DNA from: Crocinitomicaceae bacterium
GTDB taxonomy: Bacteria; Bacteroidota; Bacteroidia; Flavobacteriales_D; Crocinitomicaceae
Reading direction: 5' to 3'
Length of the DNA stretch: 60,435 nt
NCBI GenBank assembly: GCA_044375095.1
Contig: JBILNH010000001.1
Location: 1 to 60,435 of the forward strand
This document shows, one piece after another, positions 35,770 through 47,700 of this stretch (position 1 is the first letter of the stretch; the number at the start of each line of letters is the position of its first letter). The notes under the pieces were generated by a model that was not told the origin of the DNA, searched no databases, and worked only from the letters and a program-made list of their open reading frames with translations. The position numbers and the translations under genes were made by a program.

Positions 35770-38622
35770 TTAAACCGTCATGTAACTTTCCACACTTGGG
35801 CATGAACATACGAGGTTGCGGTCACCATATGCATTGTCCACACGGCGAACCGGGACCCAATATTTCCAATCCTTTAGGTAGTCAACCGGGTAAGCAGCCT
35901 GTTGTGGGGAATACGGATAGTTCCATTCTTTGTTGATGATGCAATCTGCTGTATGTGGCGCATTCTTGATCACGTTGTTTTCTTTATCTGCTTCGCCATT
36001 TTCAATTGCAGCGATTTCTTTGCGAATAGTAATCATGGCCTCAATGAAGCGATCCAATTCATCCTTATCCTCTGATTCCGTTGGTTCAATCATTAGCGTT
36101 CCGGCAACAGGGAAAGAAACCGTTGGTGCGTGGAAACCGTAATCAATTAAACGCTTTGCGATATCAGCGACTTCCACATCTGATGTCTTTTTGATTTCGC
36201 GACAATCGAGAATCAACTCGTGCGCTACCGTACCATTTTTACCAGTGTACAAAATATCGTAATGTCCCCTTAACGAAGAAGCTATGTAATTGGCATTCAC
36301 AATCGCTAGTTCTGTGGATTCACGCAGTCCTTTTGCACCAAGCATTTTGATGTATCCATAGGAAATTAATAGGATCAATGCACTCCCGTATGGTGCAGCT
36401 GAAATCGCATGAATGGCTTTTTCTCCGCCTGCTTTGATCAACGGATTACTCGGCAAGAACGGCGCTAAATGAGCAGCCACGCCAATCGGTCCCATTCCAG
36501 GTCCACCGCCACCATGCGGAATAGCAAACGTTTTGTGCAAGTTCAAGTGACACACATCTGCTCCAATATTTCCAGGATTTGTCAACCCAACTTGGGCATT
36601 CATGTTCGCGCCATCCATGTACACCTGTCCGCCATTTTCGTGAATGATCGAGGTGATTTCTTGAATACCTTCTTCGTAAACTCCGTGAGTAGAAGGATAG
36701 GTAACCATCAATCCAGCCAACTCATTTTTCAATGAGGTAGCTACTTCTCTCAATTCATCAATGTTGATGTTTCCGTTTTCATCGCAACCGGTAACCACAA
36801 CCTCAAACCCTGCCATTACTGCAGAAGCTGGATTTGTACCGTGCGCAGAGGATGGAATAATCATCTTCTTACGTTGGAAATCGCCACGGGATTCATGGTA
36901 TGCTTTGATGACCATCAATCCGGCGTATTCACCTTGAGCTCCTGAGTTAGGTTGTAACGACATCGCTGCAAAACCTGTACATTCACACAAGTCTTTTTCC
37001 AATTGACGGAACATTTCATGGTAACCTTCAGCCTGATTCACCGGCGCAAATGGATGCATATTCCCAAACTGCGGGTTGGTTATCGGGATTAGTTCTGATG
37101 CTGCGTTCAGTTTCATGGTGCATGATCCCAGTGGAATCATGCTATGAACCAACGAAAGGTCTTTATTTTCCAAACGCTTCAAGTAGCGCATCATCTTCGA
37201 TTCCGATTGGTAGGCATGGAAGGTTGGATGCGTGAGAATCGCATCTGTACGTAATACGTCAGCCGACAAACCACTTGTTAATGCGCCTACAGATGGGGTA
37301 GATTTACCCATGGCTTGCGCAAATACGGCTAAAACTGTGTTTACATCTTCTGTTGTATGTGGTTCACCGAAGCTAATCGTGAGTTCGTTACCGTTGATGT
37401 AATGGAAATTCATTCCATGGTTTTCAGCAATCGGTTGAATGGCTGATACTGGAACATTTTTCACCCAAATCGTGTCGAAAAAACGATCAGTTCCAATTTC
37501 GACGCCGAGTGACTTCAAGCCGTTAGCGGTGGAAGTAGCTAAACCATTCACGTGATGGGCAATTGCTTTCAAGCCATGCGGTCCGTGGTAAACAGCGTAC
37601 ATACTCGCCATTACAGCAAGAAGTGCCTGAGCTGTACAAATATTTGAAGTTGCTTTATCTCGTTTGATGTGCTGTTCGCGCGTTTGTAGCGCCATTCGCA
37701 AGGCTATATTGTCGTCTGCGTCTTTCGATACACCGATCAATCGACCTGGAATGTTCCGCTTGTAATCGTCTTTTACTGCAAAAAATGCCGCGTGAGGACC
37801 ACCGTAACCCATCGGTACACCGAATCGTTGTGAAGATCCAAGTACACAATCAGCTCCCATTGAACCTGGAGATGTCAAAAGCACCAACGATAAAATATCT
37901 GCAGCTACGGCAACTTGAATTCCTTGCGTTTTTGTGCGTTCAATGAATGACTTAAGGTCGATAATCTCCCCATGTGCATCCGGATATTGAACAAGCGCCC
38001 CAAAGTAAAATTCATCGTAAGTATGTGTTTTTGGATCTCCGATAATCAACTCAATGCCTAAATTCAGTGCGCGACCTGTAACTACATCGATGGTTTGCGG
38101 AAAACACGTTTCTGCGATAAAGAATTTATTTTTCCCTTCTTTCACATCGCTTCTTGAGCGTGAATTCCAGAACATGATCATGGCTTCAGCAGCAGCAGTT
38201 GCTTCATCAAGTAAGGATGCATTGGCAATTTCCATTCCGGTTAACTCCACGACCATTGTCTGAAAGTTTAACAACGCTTCCAATCGACCTTGAGAAATTT
38301 CAGCTTGATAAGGTGTGTATGCTGTATACCATCCTGGATTTTCAAGAACGTTTCTTAAAATTACCGAAGGAACGATCGTCTCATTGTATCCTAATCCAAT
38401 GAATGACTTGAACACCTTATTCTTGGAGCCAAGTTCTTGGATGTGTTGCAAATAGGCTTGTTCAGAAAGTCCTTCAGACACGTCTAACTCACGATTTAAG
38501 CGAATTGGTGCAGGAATGGTTTTATCAACTAGCTCAGCAACGGATTGTACGCCAATTTTGGCAAGCATTGCGTTTCTTTCTGAATCGTTTGGACCGATGT
38601 GACGGTGAGAAAATGCACTCAT
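35770..38622 (-). CDS. gcvP: Glycine dehydrogenase (decarboxylating), single-chain P protein of the glycine cleavage system
   Basis: The N-terminus is MSAFSHRHIGPNDSE, followed by full-length homology-like features (NLHKTFAIPHGGGGPG, PLP lysine). The start is at Met10 of the track ORF. Confidence 0.93.
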   Translation of the reverse strand: MSAFSHRHIGPNDSERNAMLAKIGVQSVAELVDKTIPAPIRLNRELDVSEGLSEQAYLQHIQELGSKNKVFKSFIGLGYNETIVPSVILRNVLENPGWYTAYTPYQAEISQGRLEALLNFQTMVVELTGMEIANASLLDEATAAAEAMIMFWNSRSRSDVKEGKNKFFIAETCFPQTIDVVTGRALNLGIELIIGDPKTHTYDEFYFGALVQYPDAHGEIIDLKSFIERTKTQGIQVAVAADILSLVLLTSPGSMGADCVLGSSQRFGVPMGYGGPHAAFFAVKDDYKRNIPGRLIGVSKDADDNIALRMALQTREQHIKRDKATSNICTAQALLAVMASMYAVYHGPHGLKAIAHHVNGLATSTANGLKSLGVEIGTDRFFDTIWVKNVPVSAIQPIAENHGMNFHYINGNELTISFGEPHTTEDVNTVLAVFAQAMGKSTPSVGALTSGLSADVLRTDAILTHPTFHAYQSESKMMRYLKRLENKDLSLVHSMIPLGSCTMKLNAASELIPITNPQFGNMHPFAPVNQAEGYHEMFRQLEKDLCECTGFAAMSLQPNSGAQGEYAGLMVIKAYHESRGDFQRKKMIIPSSAHGTNPASAVMAGFEVVVTGCDENGNINIDELREVATSLKNELAGLMVTYPSTHGVYEEGIQEITSIIHENGGQVYMDGANMNAQVGLTNPGNIGADVCHLNLHKTFAIPHGGGGPGMGPIGVAAHLAPFLPSNPLIKAGGEKAIHAISAAPYGSALILLISYGYIKMLGAKGLRESTELAIVNANYIASSLRGHYDILYTGKNGTVAHELILDCREIKKTSDVEVADIAKRLIDYGFHAPTVSFPVAGTLMIEPTESEDKDELDRFIEAMITIRKEIAAIENGEADKENNVIKNAPHTADCIINKEWNYPYSPQQAAYPVDYLKDWKYWVPVRRVDNAYGDRNLVCSCPSVESYMTV

Positions 38623-38655
38623 TGTGTGGTGTTTTTTTTGCGTGTACAAATATAG

Positions 38656-38689
38656 CAGGAAAGGCTAAAACAGACTTTAGCCTTTCCTG
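38656..38689 (-). terminator. Hairpin terminator downstream of the giant gene
   Basis: It has a 14-bp perfect stem (CAGGAAAGGCTAAA / TTTAGCCTTTCCTG) with a 6-nt loop, 58 nt after the stop. The U-tract is weak (CUAUAUUUGU). Confidence 0.55.
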
Positions 38690-38746
38690 AAAATAACCAA
38701 CACTGAAGTGATCTTTTTGTTTATAACTTGACGCGATTCATCAAGC

Positions 38747-41700
38747 TTAACGAAGCAAGGTGACGTGTCCCACTTTTTCTACTGCACCTTCGTTTTGGGA
38801 ACTGTTGAGGATGATTTTCCAGGTATATGTTCCGTCTTGAGCGAAGTTATCTTCACCGGTAAGGAACTCTTGAAGATTCATATACGTGCCATCCCATCCC
38901 ATTGTTGGATCAGTTGTGGAGAATACCACTTGACCCCAACGATTGAAAATGAGTAACTGGTAGTTACCTAAATCTACTCCAGATGTAATTACCGGAAGGA
39001 AAACATCATTTGTTCCATCGCCATTCGGAGTGAACGAGTTCGGCACATAGAAGATCAAATCTTCATACACAGTAACAGTTAAAAACGTGCTATCATAACA
39101 ACCGAATTCGTTGTAAGCAAATAGAGTGACCACATATGACTCAGGGACATCATCGTATTCGTGAATAGGGTTAGTGGACAAGCTAGAGCTTCCATCGCCG
39201 AAGTCCCACAAGTACGTGAACGCATCTATCGATTGATTCGTAAATTCAAACAACGGTTCAGATACAAGTGCTGAATCTGGACTGACAATGAAGTCTGCTA
39301 CAGGAATATCGTAAGCGCAAACAAAGTCTACCTGGGTTAACGTAGAGCTACAACCTGCCGCATTCGTCACGGTTAATGTGACATCATAGCAACCCGCTTC
39401 GTCGTATTGGTGATCGATAGCAAACGGTTGGTTCGATGTTGCACCGTCACCAAAATTCCATGTTAACGTCGTGTTTGGAGCGTTAATTATATCCGTAAAC
39501 ACTGTTTCAAATAGCACACACCCTTCAGTTGCAGATGCTGTAAATCCAACAGCAGGACTTTCTAGAATAGTTACTGGTTGAATTAAACTATCCACGCAGC
39601 CCGTCACTGAATTAGTGGCAGTTAACGATACATTGTAGGTGCCAAAAGCATCATACACATTGGTTGGATTTTGGTCCGTAGACGTTGAACCATCACCAAA
39701 ATTCCATACGTAAGTGTTTGTTCCAGGTGTAGTATTTTGGAATTGAATAGGATCCAAATCACAGAATGGTGCGTTAATAGGTGCAAATTGAACGTCTGGA
39801 AGCGCGTTGACAATCACTGGGATTGTAAATGGACCGGAAGGACAACCGAAATCACTCGTGATTAGCGCGATAGTGTAGGTTACAATTTGCGCATTATTCG
39901 TTGGATTGATTAACAAGTCATTGATCAAGTTCGATGCTTGAGGAACAAGAGTTTCTCCTGTAACGTTGACATTATTCGTTCCTTGCCAAGAGATAATTGA
40001 AGGAATATTACTTGTTAATGTTAGACCAACATTCTCATTTGAACAGATCTCAGTTCCACCTGACGTTAAGTTAGCCGTTGGATGAACGGTAATCGTAAAG
40101 TTTTGAGGAGTTCCTGTACATGTCACACCTAAATTCGTAAACGTCGGCGTAACAGAAAGATCCGCAATTACAGTTGTTGTCGAAGGATTGGTCGCAACAA
40201 ACGGAGCGATGTTTCCAGTACCCGTGCTTGTTAGGCCTATGTTCGGCAAGGAGTTCGTCCAGTTGTAAACTGTACCCGCTACATTGCCAGTGAAATTAAC
40301 TGGATTCGTTTGTGCGTTATTACACAAGGTAAGATCAAGTGGATCATTCACTGTAGGTGTTGGATTGACTGTAACCGTAAATGTTTGTGTTGTTCCTGTA
40401 CATGTTACACCCGCATTGGTGAATGAGGAGGTAACAGTAATGGTTGCCACTTGAGGTATGTTCGTGCCATTCACCGCAATGAATGATGGAATCGGTCCAT
40501 TTCCTGAAGCTCCTAATCCAATTGTGGTATTGGTGTTTGTCCAGCTGTAACTTGAATTATTTACTGAAGACGTAAAGTTCACCGCTTGTGTGCTTGATCC
40601 GTTACAAAGTACTTGATCAATAGGGTCAGTTGTTATTGGAGTTGGGTTAACTGTAATTGTAAAGATCTGACTAGCACCTGTACATGTTATATTATTCGTA
40701 TAGCTCGGGGTAATTGTAATTGTACTTACCTCAGGGTTTATTAACGTAGACGATGTAATGAAACTGTTGATATTGCCTTGCCCATTGGTTGCTAATCCAG
40801 TTAACGTGTTGCTGTTTGTCCAGGTATAAACTGTATTTGGAACATTGCCTGTAAACGCTACGTTGTTGGTCGCCGATCCACCACATACTACCTGATCCAC
40901 TGGATCGACTACGTTTGGTGTTGGATTAACGGTAATTGCAAAGTTTTGAGGGTTTCCTGAACAACTTGTCCCATTGAAATTCACGACTGGTACAACCGTA
41001 AAGTTCCCAGTGATCGGAACGATCCCTGAATTAGTCGCTACAAATGGTGAAATGGTACCAGATCCTGTAGCCGGAAGCCCGATGGCTGTATTGTTGTTCG
41101 TCCACGTAAATTGAGTGCCTGATATAGAACCGTTGAACAAGACGTTATTTGTTGTTGCATTGTTACAGTAAATACTATTAGCAACGGCATTTACTGTCGG
41201 AATTGGATTCACGGCAATAGTAAACACCTCAGGAGTACCTGTACATGTTGCCCCATTAAACGCAAAGCTTGGCGTAACTGTTATTGTTGCAGTCGAAATG
41301 GCAGTCGAATTGTTAACCGCTGTAAATGGTGGAATACTTCCTGTTCCGCTAGCTGCTAGTCCAATAGTTGTATTGTTATTTGTCCACTGATAACTTGCAC
41401 CTGGTGTATTTCCGCTAAACACAATTTGGCTGCTCAATCCATTTGCACAAAGTGTTATGTCAGGTACATTATTAATGACAGGTGAAGGATTGATAGAAAT
41501 GGAGAAGAGTTGATTTGAACCTGTACATGTCACTGCATTGTTTGTATAGCTCGCAGCAACTTGGAAGTTCCCTGAGTTCACCGCTGTAGAGGAATTAAGC
41601 CCAACAAATGCAGGAATATTTCCTTGTCCGCTTGTTCCTATTCCTATCGAACCATTCGAGTTTGTCCAACTGTATGTGGTATTCGAAACATTACTGCTAA

Positions 41701-44700
41701 AGTTAACCGCAAGTGAATTGGTGTTTGCACAGATCACTTGACTTTGTATGGCATTCACCACAGGAACAGGATTCACAGTAATACTAAATGATGCTGGAAT
41801 TCCCGGACAGCTCGCTCCTTGATTGGTGAAAACTGGGGTAACAATGACATTACCTGTTAACGGTCCGTTTGTATTGTTCACTGCATTGAATGAAATATCC
41901 CCACTTCCACTGCCTGCAAGACCAATTCCTGGTGTTGTATTGGTCCATGTGAAGTTCGTATTGAATGCATTTAGTGATGTAGTGAAATCGACAGCAACGG
42001 TGTTGTTTGCACAAACCGTTTGATTAAGAACCGGATCAACCGTCGGTGTCGGATTGATTACGACGGAAACAGACAGTGTAGAACCCGAACAACTTACGCC
42101 ATTCGAGCTATAAACAGGAGTAACAAGAAGTTGAGCATTAATTGGTGTATTTCCTGTATTTGATGCAAGGAAGTTTATGTCTCCTGTTCCACTTGCAGGA
42201 ATTCCAGTTGCTGTATTTGAATTGATCCAATTGTACGTAACAGCAGGGTTGTTATTCATGAATGTGCTGTTGAAATCAACGAGTGAAACCGTATTGTGAC
42301 AATACGTTAACGTTGGCATTGGATCAACAGTTGGTGTAGGGTTAACCTGATAAGTAAACGAAGTTGGTATACCCGAACACGTCAATGTACCTGCTACAAA
42401 AATAGGGGTAACAGTAACCAGACCATTTGATGGAAGATTCGTTCCGTTTACCGCAGTAAACGCTTGAATATTTCCATTGCCAATTGGTGATAATCCAATC
42501 GATGGCGTTGAATTCGTCCAGTTGAATTGCGTGCCCGTAACATTACTAACAAAGTTTACCGGAGTTGTTGTATTGCCATTACAAAGCACCTGATTCGCCA
42601 CAGGTAACACATCTGGTGTTGGATTCACAATAAACGTGAAGTTTGTTGAAGTACCAGGACATGTTACACCATTATTTGTATAGTTCGGAATTATAACAAC
42701 ATTCGATTGAATTGGCGACTGTGTCGGATTTTGAGCCACAAAGACAGGTATGTTTCCAGTTCCAAGGTTTTGCAGACCTATTGACGGATTCGAATTCGTC
42801 CAGTTGTAAATCGTTCCAGCAACAGGGCCACTCAAAAGTACTTGGTTGCTTGAACTGTTGTTACATACATTTTGATTGAGTACAGGGTTTACAATTGGAG
42901 TAGGGTTTACGTTAATTATAAAGTTTTGAGAAGTTCCAGTACAGGTTAATCCATTAAAGGTTAATGTTGGACTCACACTAATTGACGCATTTACAGGGCT
43001 AAATCCTTGATTTATTGCTGTGAAGCCAGGAATAGAACCTGTTCCGGTTGCTGCCAAGCCAATTGATTGCGTCGTATTTGCCCAATTATAGGCTGTTGCT
43101 GTTGAATTACTGCTAAATGGAATGAAAGGAGTTTGTAATCCGTTACAAACTGTTAAAGCAGGAACTGGATTCATCACAGGAGCCGGATTTACAGTTACCC
43201 AAATTGGGAATACAGGTGTCGAACAACCGTTAAATGTAGAAGTACCAATTACGTTGTAAACCAACTCTTGCGGAACAGCAGTTTGGTTAACCAACACATC
43301 GGAAATGGTTGATGAAGTAACTGCAGAAAGGCTTTCCCCTGTCACATTTACGTATTGCTGCGTTGCTAACCAATTGAATGTAACGGCTGAATTGGCGATT
43401 AAGTTCAAGTTAACCGGATTACCGCTACAAATAGTGATTGAATCTTGATTCAAAAGCGCAAGTGGCGGACGTACGGTCACAGCAATTGTCTGAGCACTTC
43501 CTACACAATTCCCATCGATTGATGTTGGTGTAATACTGTAAATAACAAGTTGATTTGTTGTAGTGTTATTTACGAGTACGTCGTTAATTACTCCACCTGT
43601 ATTTGTTGTTAAGGATTCACCGGTCACATTCGGATTATCTATGGTTGTAAACCAACTGTAAGTCGAAGGTACATTTGCGCCTAAAATGGCATTTACTGGA
43701 GCGCCACTACAAATTTCTAATGTACTCGGAATATTTAACTGTACATCTGGGATAACCTCAATGATAAAAGTAGAATCGGGACCAACACATCCTGCCAACG
43801 CCGAGATTGGAGTGACGTTGTAAACCACGAACTGTGGTTGCGATGTAGTATTTGTTAACGTATTCGATACTACTGCTGAACTTTGAATAATCGACACTTC
43901 ACCATTCACGTTTGGATTTGGAGTAGCAAACCAATTGAAGGTTGCAGGAATGTCACTCGATAAATTTACCGTAAATCCATCGCCATTACATATAGTCTGA
44001 TCGCTAATGGCATCTATAAGTGGGAGAGGATTTACTGTAACAGTAACATTTTGATTTACCCCGGTGCATCCATTGTTTGTTGGAGTTACGATGTAGTTAA
44101 TTGACTGAGGATTTAACGTCGAGTTAATCAGGTTATCATTTATGACATTGGTGTTTTGACTCAGTGTACTTTCACCAGTGACATTTGGATTATTTAGAGC
44201 CAACCAGTTAAAAGTAGAACCTTGAACATTCGTTGTCAAATTAAAGTTAAGCGGTGTTCCACTACAAACAGCAACAGTTGATGAGCTCGTCATTACTGGA
44301 ATTGGACGTACAGTCACGTTAACTGTCTGAGGCAATCCATTACAGCCATTTGCAGCAGGTGTAACAGTGTAAACTACCAGTTGATCAGTTGTTCCATTAT
44401 TGTTTAGAACATCTGTAATCGTCGCTGTGTTTTGTGGGAATAAACTTTCACCTGTAACAAGTAAATTATCAGCTCCAACCCAATTAAATGTCGTTCCTAT
44501 AACATTTGTTGTTAAACCGAAGTTTAACGGTAATCCACTACAAATGGAAAGAAGGTTAGCGCTTGTCATTGATGGCGTAGGACGAACGGTCGCAACTACG
44601 GTAACTGGTGACCCTATACAGCCATTAAATGTTGGCGTAACAGTGTAATTAATTTGTTGATCAATTGATGAGGTATTGAATAGCAAATCAGTTATTGTGT

Positions 44701-47700
44701 TTGTACTTTGAATAGAAGTGCTTTCACCGGAAACATTGTTATTTGGAGCGGCGATCCAAGTGAATGTTGTCCCAACAATATTTGCATTTAGTGGCACAGC
44801 AACAGCATTTCCGCTACAAATATTTGCTGTTGTATTACTTGTGATCGTTGGTGCTGGACTTACTGTGACTGTAACCGTTTGTTGCGCGCCATTACATCCA
44901 TTCAATGAAGGTGTTATGGTGTAAGTTACCACCTGGTTTACAAGTGTTGTATTTGTAAGCACATCATTGATGATCGATCCGGTCTGATTGCCTGTACTTA
45001 GACCGACAACATTGGCATTTGGTTGAGCTGCCCATTGGAAAGTAGACCCAACTAGGTTGGCATTTAAACTCAATGAGACAGGTTGACCACTGCAAATGTT
45101 TACGGTTGCCGTATTTGTCATTAGAGGTCTAGGTTTCACAACGACAGATAATGACTGAGGAACACCTGAACATCCGTTAATTGTTGGTGTAATGGTATAA
45201 ACTACTGTTTGATCTATTAAACTCGTGTTTTCCAGCACATCACCAATTGTTGATGAGTTTTGTATCGCGATTGTTTCACCTGTAACTGAACCGTTTGCCG
45301 CGGCACTCCATGTGAAAGATGCACCAGGAATATCTGCTAATAAGGTTAGATTCACTGACTCTCCGCTACAGATACTCAATGCGGATGAGCTTGTCATAGA
45401 AGGATTTGGTAAAACTGTTATAGATACGTTTTGTGTCGTTCCTGAACAAAGATTAAATGTTGGAGTAACAGCGTATAGTACAGTTTGACTTAAGAGTGTT
45501 GTATTTATCAAATAGTCATTGATGAGATTGGAGTTTTGATTGGACGTGCTTTCACCAGTAACAAATGGATTCGAGACAGCTGACCATACAAATGTTGTAT
45601 TGTTAATGTTCGAAGTCAGATTCAGGTTGACAAAATTGCCACTACAAATAGAATCAGTTGCGGCATTAGTCGTTGTTGGGTTTGGTTTGACAATTACACT
45701 GACCGTTTGTTGAGGTCCGTTACAACCGTTGGCATTAGGAACAATAGTATAAATGACTGTTTGGTTAACCAACGTGGAATTTGTCAGTACATCGCTGATT
45801 GGATTAATGACCTGGTTACTGGTACTTTCACCAGTCACATTAACATTATCAGTAGCTACCCAAGTAAACGATGAACCGTTTACAGATGACGTCAAGTTCA
45901 ATCCTACAGGATTTCCACTACAAATTGCCAAAGAATTGGAACTTGTCATTTGTGGAGTAGGGAAGACTGTAACATCGATAGTAACAGGATTTCCAGCACA
46001 TCCATTGAAGGATGGAGTTACAGTATAAACAACCGTTTGATTAACATTGGTAGTGTTAATGAGGTTGTCAGATAATAACGCGCCTGACTGATTCGTTGTA
46101 CTTTCTCCGGTTACAGATGGATTGGCCGCAGCGGACCATGTAAACGTCGTTCCTCCAATATCCGAAGTCAGTGGTAGACCAACAGTTGAATTACTACAAA
46201 TACTTACGACTGTATCATTTGTGATGCTTGGGTATGGCCCAACGTTCACCGTAATACTCTGTGCGTTACCCAAACACCCAAATGCTGTTGGAGTCACAGT
46301 GTAAATGACTTGTTGGTTTAACAAGGTTAAATTTGTCAATTGATCATTGATGACAGAAGTAATCTGAAGTGACGTAGTTTCACCATTTACGTTCACGTTA
46401 GTTGCTGCGTTCCATCCGAATTGTGTTCCAATTACTGTAGAAGTTAAATTCAGCGCTAATGTCTCCTCACTACATATAGTCAGTGTATTTTGACTCGTGA
46501 TTGATGGGATAGGTTTGACTACAACCTGTATTGTTTCAGATGGGCCCTGACAACCATTGAATGTTGGGGTTACTGTGTATGAAACCAATTGATTCACAGT
46601 TGAGTTGTTTACTAAAACATCTGTAATTGTAGTTGACGACTGAAGTGTGGTTGATTCACCAGTAACATTAGCTGATGCATTAGCTTGCCAAGTAAAAGTG
46701 GAACCTAAGATCGTTGAACTTAAATTTATGTTGGCACTTTCCTGGCTACAGATAGAATCCTGTAAAACACCATTGTAGGTAGGTTTAGGTTTTACCGTCA
46801 CACTAAGTTGGAATGGTAAACCAGGACATCCGTTGACTATTGGTGTAACAGTATATTGTACAACCTGATTTATGAGTGTAGTGTTTGTCAGTACATCATT
46901 CAGTGTTGATGAATTTTGAGCTATAGTGCTTTCGCCATTTACCGAAGTAGAAGATGCAGCAACCCAAGCAAACGTTGTTCCAGCGATAGTTGATGTAAAT
47001 GGTTGGTTTACATTATCTCCACTACATATAGTTACAGATGGTTGATTGGTAACTGAAGGGAGTGGTTGTACAGTCACGTTAACAGTTTGTGGTAAACCAT
47101 TACAACCGTTCGCATTAGGAGTGACCGTGTAACTAACAAGTTGATTGGTCAGCACATTATTAATGAGCGTATCAGCAATAATAGAGGTTGTTTGTGTCCC
47201 CAAACTTTCACCGAAAACATTTACTGCATCTGAAGCAATCCAGCTGAATGAAGTTCCAGTGACATTACTTGTTAAGGTTAGCCCGACACTATCTCCGCTG
47301 CATATATTCAGTGCAGATGCACTTGTAACAGAAGGAGACGGGAATAGCGTTACAACAATTGGCACCGGTGTTCCAGAACAACCATTAAAAATTGGCGTCA
47401 CTAAATAATTCACCGTTTGATTAGTTGAGCTGTTATTCAATAATAAATCATTGATCAGTATTCCATTTTGTGTTGTTGTACTTTCACCGGTTACATTCGT
47501 ATTATTCGATGCAATCCAATTGAATGTTGCACCGGTGATATTTGATGTTAGGTTAATATTTAGACTGTTCCCGCTACATATATCAAACGTATTTGCGCTT
47601 GTTACTTGAATGGTTGGTACAACTGTAACATTGAGTGTTTGACCGAGGCCATTACAACTGTTGGCAACAGGATTAATCAGGTAAGAAACAATCTGATTTG

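Noticed and set aside
38623-38746. Possible glycine riboswitch upstream of gcvP.
   Set aside because: Only 124 nt are available, and they are dominated by a single perfect 14-bp hairpin that fits a terminator for the upstream giant gene. I could not see the tandem aptamer architecture or conserved glycine-riboswitch core.
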